NCBI GenBank assembly: GCA_029953675.1
Contig: JAMWBK010000002.1
Coordinates: 1,984,001 to 2,048,000 of the forward strand
DNA length: 64,000 nucleotides
DNA from: Rhodosorus marinus CCMP1338
Taxonomy: Eukaryota; Plantae; Rhodophyta
Direction of reading: 5' to 3'
Below the pieces are notes generated by a model, which worked only from the letters and a program-made list of their open reading frames with translations, was not told the DNA's origin and ran no database searches. The first letter of the stretch is position 1, and every line of letters starts with the position of its first letter. This document shows, in pieces, positions 11,759 to 24,541 of the stretch. Position numbers and translations under genes: made by a program.

Positions 11759-14700
11759 CTCCAGAACATCCACGAAAAAGGGAGCTCAACACACTCACAC
11801 ACAGGCGCCTTGTCCGTACTACAAAAAAAAAAAGCATAGAAATCTCAGACGACCCTCAATCTCTTCATCGCTTCACACCATCACCAAAACTCACAAGACT
11901 CCCCTCGAAACAAAAACCCTTCACACATCCAGACAAGAAAAAATTTATCAACCCAAACCCCAACCAAATCTCCTTTCACTACTACAAAACAAAAAAAAAT
12001 ATTGCCCTTTCTCCGCTTCCCGTCCCCCTCCTTCCCTCCCTCCCCCCCCCCCGCCCCCAACAAAAACAAAAAAACAGACTGCAAATTACATCATGTCCTC
12101 GGTGACTCCTTCTCCAAATCCCTTCCAAAACCAATACAGCTTACACGCATCTAAATCCCACTCCATTTACCCTCCCCGTCCTCCTCCTCTTCCCAAAAAA
12201 AATCCTTCCAAAATTCCCCCCAAATCCATGAGTATCAACCGCTTTCCCCAAAACGCCATCCTAAAAAAAAAAAAGCCTTCAAGACAAAACCAAAAAAAAA
12301 AATCTTAGTTGCCCACAGAATCATTTCCTCACTCGATCCTAATGCAAAAAAACAACGACTTTCCCCCCCCCCCTCCATTCTATTATATATTGTACATAAA
12401 TCTACCAAAATTACATTATTTTTGTTTTTATCTTGCGTCACCCCACCCACCCCCCTTTACTCCTTATTTGTATTCTACAAACCCAATTCCACGTTACTTC
12501 ATGATTCGTGGAGTGAAAGAGAACACAAATTTAAGGTCGATCAAACCCTCCCCCCCCAACATCTCTTGTAGAAAAGTATTTATCCTTATTTTTTAATAAT
12601 TAGGATAATATCAGTCTAGAAGCACTTTGACTATACCCCCACTAATTTCGGGATGAAATTCTAGAAAGTCACCGGATGAAATTTTGTGATTTTGACTGAA
12701 GCATATCATTATTATGGTTTTGACTGGGTATGGGCCTCAGTGGCAGTCATTACGTACTTCCAAAGATTGACTGGCGATTATATTACTTTGTTTCTATATT
12801 TATTGGACAGCTGTCCAGCCGGAAGCTTGTATTGGGAAGGAATTTGAAGCTCTTTCTGGGTTAGATGTATTTGTAATGACTGAACTACACTGTTTTTGAT
12901 TGATGAGTAGGGTTTGGCTGCTGTTTCTTTTTCAGTTTCTTCTGTTTTGAGTTGACCAGGTGTCCTTGCTGACAGTAGTGAGACTTTGCGGAGAAACGTT
13001 TATGGGAGGTATTCGCCGACGGACGTGTGGACCATGGTGCTATGGGGGCATACCCCCCGTAAGGACATTTATTGTGAACGTTCAGACTCAGGCACCGGTT
13101 TGCGGCTTCTTCCGTGGATCCTGACCACCCATGACTGAGTGAATCTAAAGATCCACTCCATTGGCAAACGGGCGATCAAAAGGATCGCTAACACGGAACC
13201 TGAAGTCCCCCACGGAACAAGGGGCGCATCCTTCTCCCGCCAAAGTGCTCTTAATTGCTCTTGGAATCTTCTGCTGCTCTATCGAGAAAGCCACTTTGGG
13301 TTTCTACCGCGAAAGTGCGTAGAGGTTTGCCTTCTTTGCCCGGGCCGTCGAAGCCTAGAGTTCGAACGTCGGACGGTCCCCTATTAAGTGGTAGTGGCGT
13401 GGTGCTTATAGGATGAAGCTTTCTGAACACGCAGCATCTCCTCTGAGTCTTTGGCATTATGCACAAAACCTCCGGCTCACTGATGGAGCCTGGAAGCTGG
13501 GCTCCGCGTTCGGACTGGAATACTCCAGTGGCGGGAGCATTTTTGACGTCTTGCTTAGCGTGAAAGGGGTTTATTTCATAGTGTTTGTCCACGACTAGAT
13601 CCAAAAGGGTTTGACGATCTGACCGATCGTCCCTGTAATGCCAGTGCAGGTTTACGTCCAAGTCTGCGCCGGCGACGTCCCGAATCCTACTTTTGATTCT
13701 ATCCATACAACCGCCTAGTGATCTAGATCATTGGGAAAAGGGATATTCTTTCATAAATGCAGCGACGAGGGGAGAAAGAGGATCAGAACGTTGACGAAGA
13801 TTCGAATGCAACAAAGAAACCGGGTCAGCTGCAATACTAGAATTTATTGAGTGGTCGACCTTTTTTTTTCGTCGTGACGTTTCACGTACCTAGTCCTTCA
13901 TGCCATGTTCTCCTGGACTGCAGCTACTTTGTTAAGGACCTCGCTAGGAGTAGAACGAGCGGGAAGATTCGTTCTAATTTCAGATTGGTTTGGTTGCAAA
14001 CTGTCTGGGGCCCAGTAAGGATTCCCCGTTTCGCTAGTTTGCTTAACCGCTGGCTAACTGCACCACCAAAAGCCTGAGTAGCATTACAAAAGTCGTGGAT
14101 TAGTTGAAGCCGAAAAGGGGGCACCTCGTGCAAAAAAATTGCCTCATCCAGAATAAGAAAGTATAGTTCACATTGTTTCGCTGTATCTGTTACTCTGTGC
14201 ATATCTAGATACAATAGCTGCCCTGAGCACAAGTGCGCTTCAAACCAATGAAAGTTAAGGAGACGACTTGAGCGTCGACACATCTCTGCTTAGCATAGCA
14301 CAACTGAAAGTTCTAAAGGTCAAGGTGGCTGACATAGTACCACACGTGGTTTGTCACTGTTCGTCCGAATGTCAAAGGGACTTGAGCATTACCAGAAACA
14401 CCTGGCAAGGTTATTGATGGCTCAATGGTGTCCAAAACTAACAGTTTGGGATCGCCTCTTAGGGGATGACCAGGAGCATTCGCTTGGACAGCACCACGGT
14501 CATCCGTACTCGTCGCAAACGGGGCTTTTCAAACCCTTTCGAAAATCTACAGATTTTCATGCAGGATGCCCTGCATGGGACAAAAAGACCGAACTCAACG
14601 ACACGAAAGGAGAACGGAGGAAAACGTAATCTGTTCCGATTTATGCTGTCTGGACTCATCAATACAGCCTGCCTGAGGCATTTCATGACAACACGAGGTA

Positions 14701-15070
14701 AGTATGACATGCCTCTGATAGCCGCGCAGCCTTCCATCTGAAGATACCACAAAGAGTAGACCCAGAATCTACTCAAGCGAAACTGATTGAATACAGTCAT
14801 TTTATCGTGCTCAATCACTACTGGCGCCTTTTTCCGTGAATTATGAAACAAATATGTACGCCAGAGACTATTTATTAGATAATTGAGTTATTTGAGTTTT
14901 GAAATGGAACATAGCCGTTGAGCTTTTGATCCAGCCCTTTTCTTCAAAAAAGGAAAACTTGTAAGCGACCGCTTGCAGAATAGTTTCTCAAAGACACGGC
15001 AATAGGTGAGCGCGAAGAGGGAGATTCCGAGGAAGCGCTTGAGTGAGTTACTGTATCCGTTCTTCATAAA

Positions 15071-15197
15071 CTGACTGCGCCAATAACACCTATTGAGAGT
15101 TTCTAAACAGATGCTAAGTCTTAAGTCTTCAGCAAATGCTAGCTGACTGCGCAATAACACCTATTGAGAGTTTCTAAACAGATGTTAAGTCTTAAGT
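15071..15197. repeat. Two-copy ~55-bp direct repeat (15071-15126 and 15143-15197)
   Basis: ctgactgcgc(c)aataacacctattgagagtttctaaacagatg(c/t)taagtcttaagt occurs twice, with one indel and one substitution. Confidence 0.9.
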
Positions 15198-16337
15198 AAA
15201 GCTAGCTTGAGTGTCCAACTTGATGTTTGCCGGATCAGAGTTGACAGGGTCGAGCCTCAAGCCACCCCCGATGGCGGAGTGCCAAGTTTGGGGGGGAGGG
15301 GGGTTGGTTTAGTTCTATGTTTTGAAGTTCTAGTTAGCATGCGGGAACGCCGGTATCTGACGATCTCAGCTAGAAGCTAGTAATGGCATCATACATGCGC
15401 AACCAACAAGCACAAAGCTAAACTCGCGGACGCAAGTACAAGACCAAATCTGGAACTATCGGAACACAAGTTCCTGCAAAATCAATTTCATGTCCCCGTG
15501 CTCAACGCTTGGAGCGCGTAAGCCAAAATTTTTTCAAACTGGGACAAAAATTTTGAATCGTTGAACGAAGAAGAACCGGTGCCGCAATAGAGAGGGCTCC
15601 AACTTCGGAAACAAACAGAGAAACACCCCCTGATATCGTAAACAGGACAACCTATGAATCCACACAACCAATCCATGTTTGCTGAATGAATAAAAAAAGG
15701 ATCGATCGATCCTCTGGTCCATTAAACAGCTCCCTCCGCTCAAAGCAAAAGGCAAGATTGTCCAGGGAATTGGGACAAGAAAAACGAAAAAAATCCGATC
15801 GATTTAGTGGCAGCAATTTGAAAAAAACTTTGGAAAAAGGTCTATTCAAAGTTGGAACGGTCTGAGAAAACTAGGGTGGGGCGCTGGGACCCTTCTTCAT
15901 TGCTACAAACCAACCAGCTTAATTTGGAATTGCCTTTAAAAATTGGGTACAATGACAGTGGGACAGAAGAAAATAGCCCTCGACTTGAGCACTGTAGTAA
16001 CCTTCGCCAACAATGAGAGAGTAAGAGCTGTCAATCGCCAAAGTAAACGTTACGTGCTCACGAAATTTGAAATTTTTCCATTTGCAGAGAATGGGGACTT
16101 TGGCGTTTGCGCTGTGGTAGACTGGGCAGTGGATATGGATGTATGTGCGAGATGATGAGGAATAGTTTCCGTTATTCTTTTCTTTCTGATCCGATGACAA
16201 TCCTTTCTGACCTCTGTGAAGGCACTTCGTAAAAATGAACTGAATTTTTACCAATGGCGAAGACAAAGTAGGAATAATTGAGCCTTACATTTCTCTTAGT
16301 AGGATTTCGGTTGATACGATCAGGTCCGATACAATCC

Positions 16338-18900
16338 ATGCCTGTGGATGAAGATCGTCTGGTGCTCGATGGCCAGTGGGAGAGACCACGGAGTGGTTTG
16401 GATGGACTGAAGCTGGACGATACAGCACCGAAACGGAAGAATAGCGGCTTCGGGAAGTTGGTGAGAGCTTGAGTGAGAAGGAGAGAACTGAGCACAGACC
16501 AGTTTGACGCGTAGTTCTTTCGAAGAGCCAAAGTATCTTCGATCAGGCTGCATTCGAATGTCGCAGGGAGTTGCTTGATTTTTACTAATGGAGTAGGATG
16601 CTGAGTCTCGCTAAACTGAGCAGCAAGCATCGTGAATCTAACTTTTATCTCCTGCTTCGAACCCTTCTATCAGGCAATTGCGAAACGATGACAAGAGAGC
16701 AGTGGGTTATACTGATGCTGCGTTTCTATCTGGAAAAGCCCCCAACAACGACTTTCCAACAAAAGGAAGCGAGCCATTGTTTGACAGACATTCCAGACTC
16801 CCTAGCAAGATCAAGTCCAACCTCAGCGAAGAAGTTCTTCGAGTTGCTGAAGGAATGCGCCGTCCTCCGACTAGAAAATCTGCTAGAGGGTAGGCTAGCT
16901 GTTCCAGGATGGGTTTTCCATTGGCCAAATCATTCATTAGTTCTCGTCTGAAAAGGAAACCCGGACTTTGAAAACTTTTTGACTCTATAGAAATTGGACA
17001 GAGCCGGAAGATGAACTGCTCAGATTGGCCGTGATTCAACATCAAGGAAAGAACTGGAAGAAGATCGCGGAAGCTGTTGAAGGCAGAAACGATGTGCAAT
17101 GCCTCCATCGTTGGCAGAAAGTGCTGGACCCCGGATTAACGAAGGGAGCATGGTCGAAGGAGGAGGATGAGAAACTCGATCAGCTCGTGAGAGAACACGG
17201 ACCAAAGAAATGGTCATTGATTTCAGCACAGCTGCCTGGAAGAATCGGTAAACAATGTAGAGAAAGGTATGTATAAGAGGACACTCCACTGCTCTCCGCA
17301 TTGCCGCCTCCAGGCGTTGTTGTGTCCGCCCACCGGTTCTGCATCCCGAGAAATTGATATCGATGCCGATAAGTACACCGCCTGCTCCTTTTTAATTCCG
17401 TCCGTTTCCGAAACAGATGGCACAACCACCTCAACCCATATGTAGATAAGACCCCCTGGACAGAAGGGGATAAGAGGATCTTCGAGGAAGCTCATAAGAA
17501 GCATGGAAACAAGTGGGCGAAGATTGCCCAGCTGCTCCCTGGGAGAACGGACAATTCCATCAAGAACTATTGGAATTCTCTGAAGAGAAGGCAGAAAACT
17601 CTTGAGAACGGCAGGGGGAGAAAAAACAAGAACAATAACAGTAACAACGGCAGCAGCAGCAGCAACAACAACAACAGCAACCCCGATCAGAACCGTGCAC
17701 CGGCGAGAGCCAAGCGTCCACCAAGGCCTGTTGGTGGTCAAATCCCTCAGGGCCCTCCTGGGGTTGGAGACAGCTTTGGCCTGCCCCCTACCGGTAAAAT
17801 GGACTCCGCCAGGAGTGGTTGGTTGCCGCCCAGTTCGTACTACAACGTCGCAACGGATGAGAACAAGAATCAGTTCATGCTGAACCAACAGGCACCGCCG
17901 CCGTCTATGCAAGACCGCAGATTGAAGAGGACCGCTTTACCTAGCCGACCTAGGAAAGCACTTCCACTTCAAGGTGGATCAATCAACAGAAAACGCGTGA
18001 TCAGCAAAACACCAGAAGCACCCGCTGCGCCTCGTGAAGTTGGCGCTACACCGACCAGGGATATCCACCGTCTGTTCGCCTTGGATTCGGACCAGGTAAG
18101 CTCAGCTTAGAGCAAGTTGACACGAGCCAGTAGCCGAAGACAGCCTTTTGCTAACTTTCAAGCGTAATTGTCGTGAACCGCAGATGGACAATTTTGCTCG
18201 CTGGACCGGGAACTCTCCTCAACTAAACATCGCTGAAGGGCAACTGCAACTGGACTATGGAACCCCGGGGTCATTCCGTGGTCAACTTTCAGAGGCTCTT
18301 GGTCTGTGTTCAACTCCAGGAAAGAGACAGCGCTCCGTGCCGGTCTCGCATTTTGAGGACCGAGAAAAAGATTTCCACGACGAGAACAACCAAATCATGC
18401 TGGACACACCCTCGAAGTTCTTAGCGACACCCAATCGTGAGCTCACGCCGGTGAAGGGCAAGTCACTGTTCGACTACAACCTAGCGGCGCCGAACTCAAA
18501 ATCCAAACTGAGCGGAGGGCACGCCCTGCAGTCACCATCACCGAGTACCTTCCTCAACTTTAGCGTGAGCAAGCTAGACTTCCCGGATGTGCGGTTTGAT
18601 GTGACTCCAAGATCACTCGAGAAGCCTCTGGATGACGTAGGCGGCAGATACAACCCGTCTCCGTTGTCGTTTTTGCACAAAACGCCTCCAACGTACCACA
18701 GACAAGGTAAGTTGAGTCCTCTCGAAGAAAGAGAAACCGAACCGCGCCCTCGCGATAGAGCACGTAAGTGATCTAATATCGACGTGATTTTTCCTGTTTG
18801 ACCAGGGCTTGGTCCTAGTCCTCTTGGAAGCTCTAAACATTCAGCTCATAGAAATCTACCTTCGATTCTGCGAAGACGGTTGAGCAGGAATAGACCGTAG
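16338..18900 (+). CDS. MYB3R: Three-repeat Myb transcription factor (MYB3R / c-Myb-like); 5' exons uncertain
   Basis: R1 KSARG|[34 protein letters not shown]2 [32 protein letters not shown]|WHNHLNP and R3 [32 protein letters not shown]. The last exon contains PSILRRR and ends at TAG 18898-18900. Confidence 0.9.
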
Positions 18901-19210
18901 GAAGACTTTCCCAACAACGATACATGAACGCGCCGGATCAGCGACGAAAAGCTTGTTGAGTCTCTCACGACGAAGACTTGCTCCTCCGCGAATGGGGATA
19001 CTACCAAGAAGATTAGAGATAGAATGGCGCTCTAAGATCTTGCAGTAGGAGGAAACGCTACTCCTCCAACCCTAAACGGCTCATCTCTTAGAGTCTCTTT
19101 TCGAAAAAGCTGTCCTTGTCGATCCACTATCCTATGTTGTTGTATGGTGTGTTCTTTACATTCTTGCTCTCGTTGGTTTTTGTTCCTTTAAATTATGGTG
19201 CTTTCGTAGT

Positions 19211-20678
19211 CTAGTTTTCGTGCCTCGTCGCCGCGTCCACGCTCCTCGATGGAAAAGAAGCGAGATCCCCTAGCCGAAAAGCGCGACTTAAGATCCGGGT
19301 TGAAAAGATTTTGTAACAAATTGTTTCTGTTAAAGAAAATAAATCAGCGAAATGGACCTTGAGCGTCTTCTTCTCTTGCACAACGAGACTCTTCCCTACG
19401 AACAGGACGTCTGGGTGCACGTTCATCGGCCACCGGTTGCAACCAAGACAAGGACGCTATTCTATTTTTCCGTGACGGAATTTGCCGAGTAAGGTGAATC
19501 AAATACACGGGGTGGAGTGTCTCTGGGCAGCGCCTAGGACAATAGCCAACACACACGGATTAAATCCTCTGTACGCTTCTAAACGACGGCGATCGGAAAG
19601 TTTGCGTTGTTGGCCTTCTGGCTTCTTCCTCACCTTGGCTAAGAGAGCTGCTAAATACAGTGCGTCAGAGGGTACTGTCTTGCGCGTTGATTCAAGGGCA
19701 ACCGTAAAGCAGGTATGCGGATCGCAAATCATCTGCGGGGTCCTTTGGAGCGTCTTTGTGACAGGTTGTTTTTGAGCTGCGAAGCTCTCCGTCTGTGCTC
19801 GTTTGAGAACCATTGGGATTAGCTTCGAAGAGCCTCCGGGGGATCTAAATGTTTTGTTCCGTGGGAGTATTCTGGTTCTTGAAGTTCCTCTGCGGCGCAG
19901 CTTCTCTCTTCCACTTTCCGCGGAGGGGCGTTCCGACAGTCCCGTTCTCTTCAAATCGCTTTCTGTAACGAGCAAACTGGCGGCAGCCTTTTCCAATCAA
20001 CCAGGCGGCCTCTTCTTCGGCAGTTCGAGTAGTATACCCGTTAAGCTGCAGCTTATAGAAGTAAATCAGAGCGACTATCGTCGATATCGTTGTACACCAG
20101 TCATTGGGACCCCAGTGCTCATCCAGAGCGCCAGCTTTTACGTTGCGGAGATCCTCCATCTGTTGTCTGAGCTTTGAGATCTTCAAGTTTGCTTCCTCCT
20201 TGTGTTTTGAAATCTGAACGCTTCCTTCTACACCTGTCTGGAACTGAGCGCCACTTCCCAATTGAACAAACTTGTTTACACCTTCCTGCACACCACGCAT
20301 GTCCCTCCCTGTGTTTTCAACGGTCGCGACGGATCGTGATGGGAATATTCTAATTCTTCCTGAATCCCCCGTTGAGTCAACCGCAAAGTACTGTCGACAT
20401 CCATCCCCTCTAAACTCTACACAACCCTCCTCCAAGACTATATCAGAGAGATACTCCACCACCATATTCACCACCTGAGATGCCTCGCCACCTGAGAACT
20501 TCCTCTTGGAACCCTCTTGGCTTCCAAGCTCCCCAGCACCTTCATCAGCAGTCTCACCAACCTGCACAAGGAACTCAACTTCTGTTGAAGCACTCCTTTT
20601 CGTCTTCGTCAGGCAAACCGTTCGCCGTTTGGTCAAGCTTCGAACTGGCTTCAATCCAGGTTCTTTCCTTCCCTCCAT
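19211..20678 (-). CDS. Hypothetical protein with a coiled coil and one hydrophobic segment; 3' exon structure uncertain
   Basis: A 277-codon ORF from ATG 20678 continues in overlapping ORFs 19499-19996 and 19211-19426. It has the segment KHKEEANLKISKLRQQMEDL followed by TISTIVALIYFY. No family recognised. Confidence 0.6.
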
Positions 20679-21860
20679 TCTTCACCAGGAAGTAATATGG
20701 AAAGAGCTCAAACAGACCAATCCAAGTTAGAAACAAAACACAAAAGAACGGTTTGGGTTGAAGCTGTACATGTCATGATCCACATATAAATATATCTCTC
20801 AGATCATCGACCCCCCCTGATGGCGCTTGCACCCTTTAGCGAATTAGGCTTTGAACACTCAGCACGGTGAAAACTGCTTAATGGCAATCGCACACAAGAA
20901 AATGCCAACTATTCAATGTTTTGAAGATGATAGTGAAGAGTGGTCAAGAGCCTCAACTCTTCTGAGAATTGATCAAGCCCAACGCTGACTGCTCACCAAG
21001 ACTGATGTTCTTCGAAGGACTATTTTGCCATAACGCGATTAAAGCTCGTACAGCAACTCAGATACTCCTTTGACAATCATGATGATCAAGGTTTAGCGGC
21101 AAGGGCGAACGATTATCTTCTGGACTGCGTGTTTGCGCTTCAAGAACGATGTTCTACAAAGACAGCGCTCAGAAGGGATAAGAGATCATGACAAACGTTG
21201 ACTACGCGCGAAAAAGCTGATGCTCTTTGGTGTCGACTTCGGCTTAGGCAGGAGGAATGAATGAACGGCGAAGAACCAGCTGACGACTACCGTATGGGCG
21301 ATCCAAGAGGGAAGAAGTGTGGAATGAGGTCATCACGGACGGTGGCGGTTCGGCCAACCACGAAGGTACTGGAGTACGGCCGAGAAATGTTTTCGTTTCG
21401 CTCTATTGACTGAAGAGAACAATGCAGTCATCATGGAAGGAGCCGGCTGCAAAGTTTCTCGGTCATAATGTTTCGTACGCCGTCAAGTGCCATACGATAA
21501 GAGGCGTTTGAGGACTTCTTTATAGGACCGCAATCCCTCAGGCAGCAATTTTAAGAACACCCGGCTCAGACTGCGGAAAGCCGGTTTAGTAGTATATCCA
21601 AACTAGACGCGGAGACAGTTAGTTCGTCAAGGACGTACGATCCCTGGCAAGATCGATCTTAGCTGTGGACACATCCCAACCCCTAGCCTCGGTCATTCAT
21701 CCCATCTGCGCTGCACTCTCGCCCCGGTGATGCTTGGTAGTCCTCAGAACCCGACAGGCTCGGAGAGACTATGTTGATAAGGAGGATAAAAACAATCCGC
21801 AATCTGAGCTCCATTCAATCCTATATGCCATGCTCAGGCCGTATCGTAAGTGGCCTACAG

Positions 21861-23435
21861 CTAGGCTTGATCTGGTTCCTGAGGACTTGAAGGATTGCTT
21901 GGTTGCCATTGCCCCAAATCTGATTGCTGGGTTTGGCTTTCTGTTTCCTGTGAAAGACTTTGCTGAACCTGGTAAGATGTAGTTCTCAGAAAGCCCGTCG
22001 AGTTGTTCTCGACGTTTGTCTTGGGATCTGGAAGCGGCGACAGTTCAAGCGGTTCCGATTCCTCACGTTTTGGTCGACCTCTGCGCTTCTTTCCTGCATT
22101 TTTAGGAGGAAGGCCATGAGCTGAGCTATGACATCAGGAGAGGGAGTGCGTCAACGTTGATGTCCATGCAATACCTGTTGCGGTTGTTGGTTTATCTGCT
22201 TCTTCCTTCTTCTTCCTAGGCGTTCTCCCGGGTCTCTTTTTCCGTCGCCAAATTGTGTATCCAAATTCCTCGTTTTCCGTGAAAGTGCCTTTGTCGACAT
22301 CGTCAATAAAACCCAGCGATGGCGATTCTTTCGGTTCTTCCTCTATTATGCCACTCCCAAGGCACTGGAGGCATCGCTCCCTCCGCAGTCCTCCGCAGAA
22401 TGGACACAAGTAGAGGTCCTTGCCAGCAATCTTCTTCGCATCCTCGGCCACTGAGCTTCTAAAAACAACCTGCAACGTTTCGTTTTGTTTTGACGGCGAA
22501 GAGGCATGTACGAGCATATACACAGGAACGACAAAGATGAGATTATGACATTTTCGCAAAGCGACCTATTGAAGAAAAGTGAAAAGATTGTCGGTGCTGC
22601 ACTGAAAGCCCGCAACGAGGTCTCTAACAAAGGACTTGCTTGGCCGTGTTTCAAAGAGGTTATAGCCACGAAGGGCCGTGTCCGACCCTTTGTCCGGCTC
22701 CCCTCTACCAAGACATATGTGTCTCCTATCGATGCCCTTGTCGGGTTGAAGGCCTATTCTACAGAATTTTCTCGCCAGTGAATACTTCCAATAAATCTTA
22801 CGAGGAAAGAGCGTGTACTTGACGATTTTAAAGCGCAACATGGACATAGAACGCTCTTTCTTCGGAACACTTTGTAGATGAGAAGAAGTGCTCATTGTCG
22901 AGAAGATTTGCATAGGGGAAACTTAAGAAAGAGCTTTTTTGGCCGTTTTGTTTCTCACCCTACGTGCTTGGGCCGCATCCAAGTTTGAAACTCCACGTCC
23001 AGCGCAAAACTCACACACTATCATCCCAGTTCCCAAGCAGTCTATGCACTCCTTTCTTTTCTTCCGTTTATCAGCGATCGGCTGTAGACCATGGAGACTC
23101 GGGGATTCGTTTGCCGTATCGATCACCATTCCCATAGCATAGTCCGCCGCATATCTCCATGCTTGCTCTTCTTCGCTTATCTCCAGCTTACCAGTCGAAC
23201 CAGAAATTGCATCCAGCATCGCTTCGTCGTCTTCAGAATCCAGCAACTCCAAATCGGCTTCTTTTAATCCTCCTATCGAATCCTTGTCTCCTCCAAGAAC
23301 ATTAATCATGAACGCCATGAGATCCAGCTCACGGTTATCAGGTTTCGCTCCAGAACAACATACTACCCTAGGACAAGTTCTTGCCACCTGACTCTCAGCT
23401 AATCTAATCGCAGGAAAGCAGCAGAAACCTTCCAT
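21861..23435 (-). CDS. Probable plastid DnaJ-type zinc-finger protein (4 CxxCxGxG-like motifs) with a basic AT-hook-like tail
   Basis: MEGFCCFPAIRLAESQVARTCPRVVCC transit-like start, then CIDCLGTGMIVCEFCAGRG and CPFCGGLRRERCLQCLGSG. The last exon from 22093 reads GKKRRGRPKREE...EPDQA* (TAG 21863-21861). Internal exons are uncertain. Confidence 0.75.
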
Positions 23436-23997
23436 CTTCAAATCTTGCTTCCTTTCAACAACCTCCCCATCGCTTCCCTTAGCCCTTAGCCAAACCGTCC
23501 CATCCATTCTCATGTTAACATTCTCCACAATCTCGTCCTTTCCTGTCCAAGCAAAAATAACTCCCAAATTTCTTTGCTCACAAAACTATAACCCTAAAAA
23601 CGGAACTCAATCGAGCATCCTCAAAAGTATCATTCGCCAAAATATCTCCCAATTTATGGCCAAACAAAAATAACTGCCAAGCAAATTAAAATCTCATCCA
23701 CGTTGAACCTTGTTCATGAGCAAATTAGCAAGCATGTTGGGTATCAGTTACCAAGATGGGTTTGTCCAGATAGAAATTACTGGGAATCTTGAAAGGGTTC
23801 GCAGATGTTGAGGGAAACTGTTGCTGGGCAACCTATCGGGCAGGTAGAGGCAGTGGACAAGCGGCGGTCTGTCTTTCAATACAACAATTGATGACCACAT
23901 TTGCTAGCCAAGTGGGCAAAGAGACGTTGTGCTTTTCCGACTTCTACCATCATGAAAACTTTCCAGGGCAGTGAATAGCAACACGGGTACAATCAGA

Positions 23998-24037
23998 AAT
24001 CCGACTGGTTTCTGGAGAATCCGACTGGTTTCTGGAG
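23998..24037. repeat. Perfect 20-bp tandem duplication
   Basis: aatccgactggtttctggag occurs twice, at 23998-24017 and 24018-24037. Confidence 0.95.
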
Positions 24038-24541
24038 TATCAGACAGAACTCGTTACTCGAAAGACCAAACAGGGGCTCGTTAGTACCCTCCACACGAAA
24101 CCCAGAAACTCTCCAGCTCGACAGACACTCACGCGGAAGCGTTTGTAAAAGATGAATGATATGATTGATAAATACCTGGGGTCAGTCTACAAGACCCAAC
24201 GGCCTTCAACAAGTCTGCTCATCGCTCCAAAGCCCAGAGCTTCAATACCGCTCCAAAACATGGTTTTAGTACACGTAGTAAGATTGTACTTTTCAAGAAC
24301 ATGTACTAAGGTAAACAACGGATGGAGAATTGGAAACATCAGTAGAAGACCTTGGGGGAGGTGTGTAGCAGGTAGGGGAAGGTAGGAAGAGTCTATGAAA
24401 GCGCAGTAGAATGAGGTGTTATATATATATATATAGATTTGACTTGAAGAGGAATACGATGAGTATGTACAGAAACGTTGGGTTTTCCTGATAGTTTTGT
24501 TGTTTGGTTGCATTTTTTGTTGGCTTCTTTTGGTATTGAGG

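Noticed and set aside
11574-12308. 244-aa plus-strand ORF rich in K/P/T
   Set aside because: It is the antisense shadow of the SEL1L start plus a low-complexity C/A tract that lacks stops for compositional reasons.
15071-15197. CRISPR-like repeat-spacer-repeat
   Set aside because: Only two 55-bp copies with a 16-bp gap, no cas genes and a eukaryotic context.
17223-17912. 229-aa minus-strand ORF
   Set aside because: Antisense to Myb repeats and the Asn/Ser-rich linker.
21734-21982. 82-aa plus-strand ORF that looks coding
   Set aside because: It overlaps antisense the last exon of the Zn-finger gene (22093-21861), which has a good acceptor and frame.
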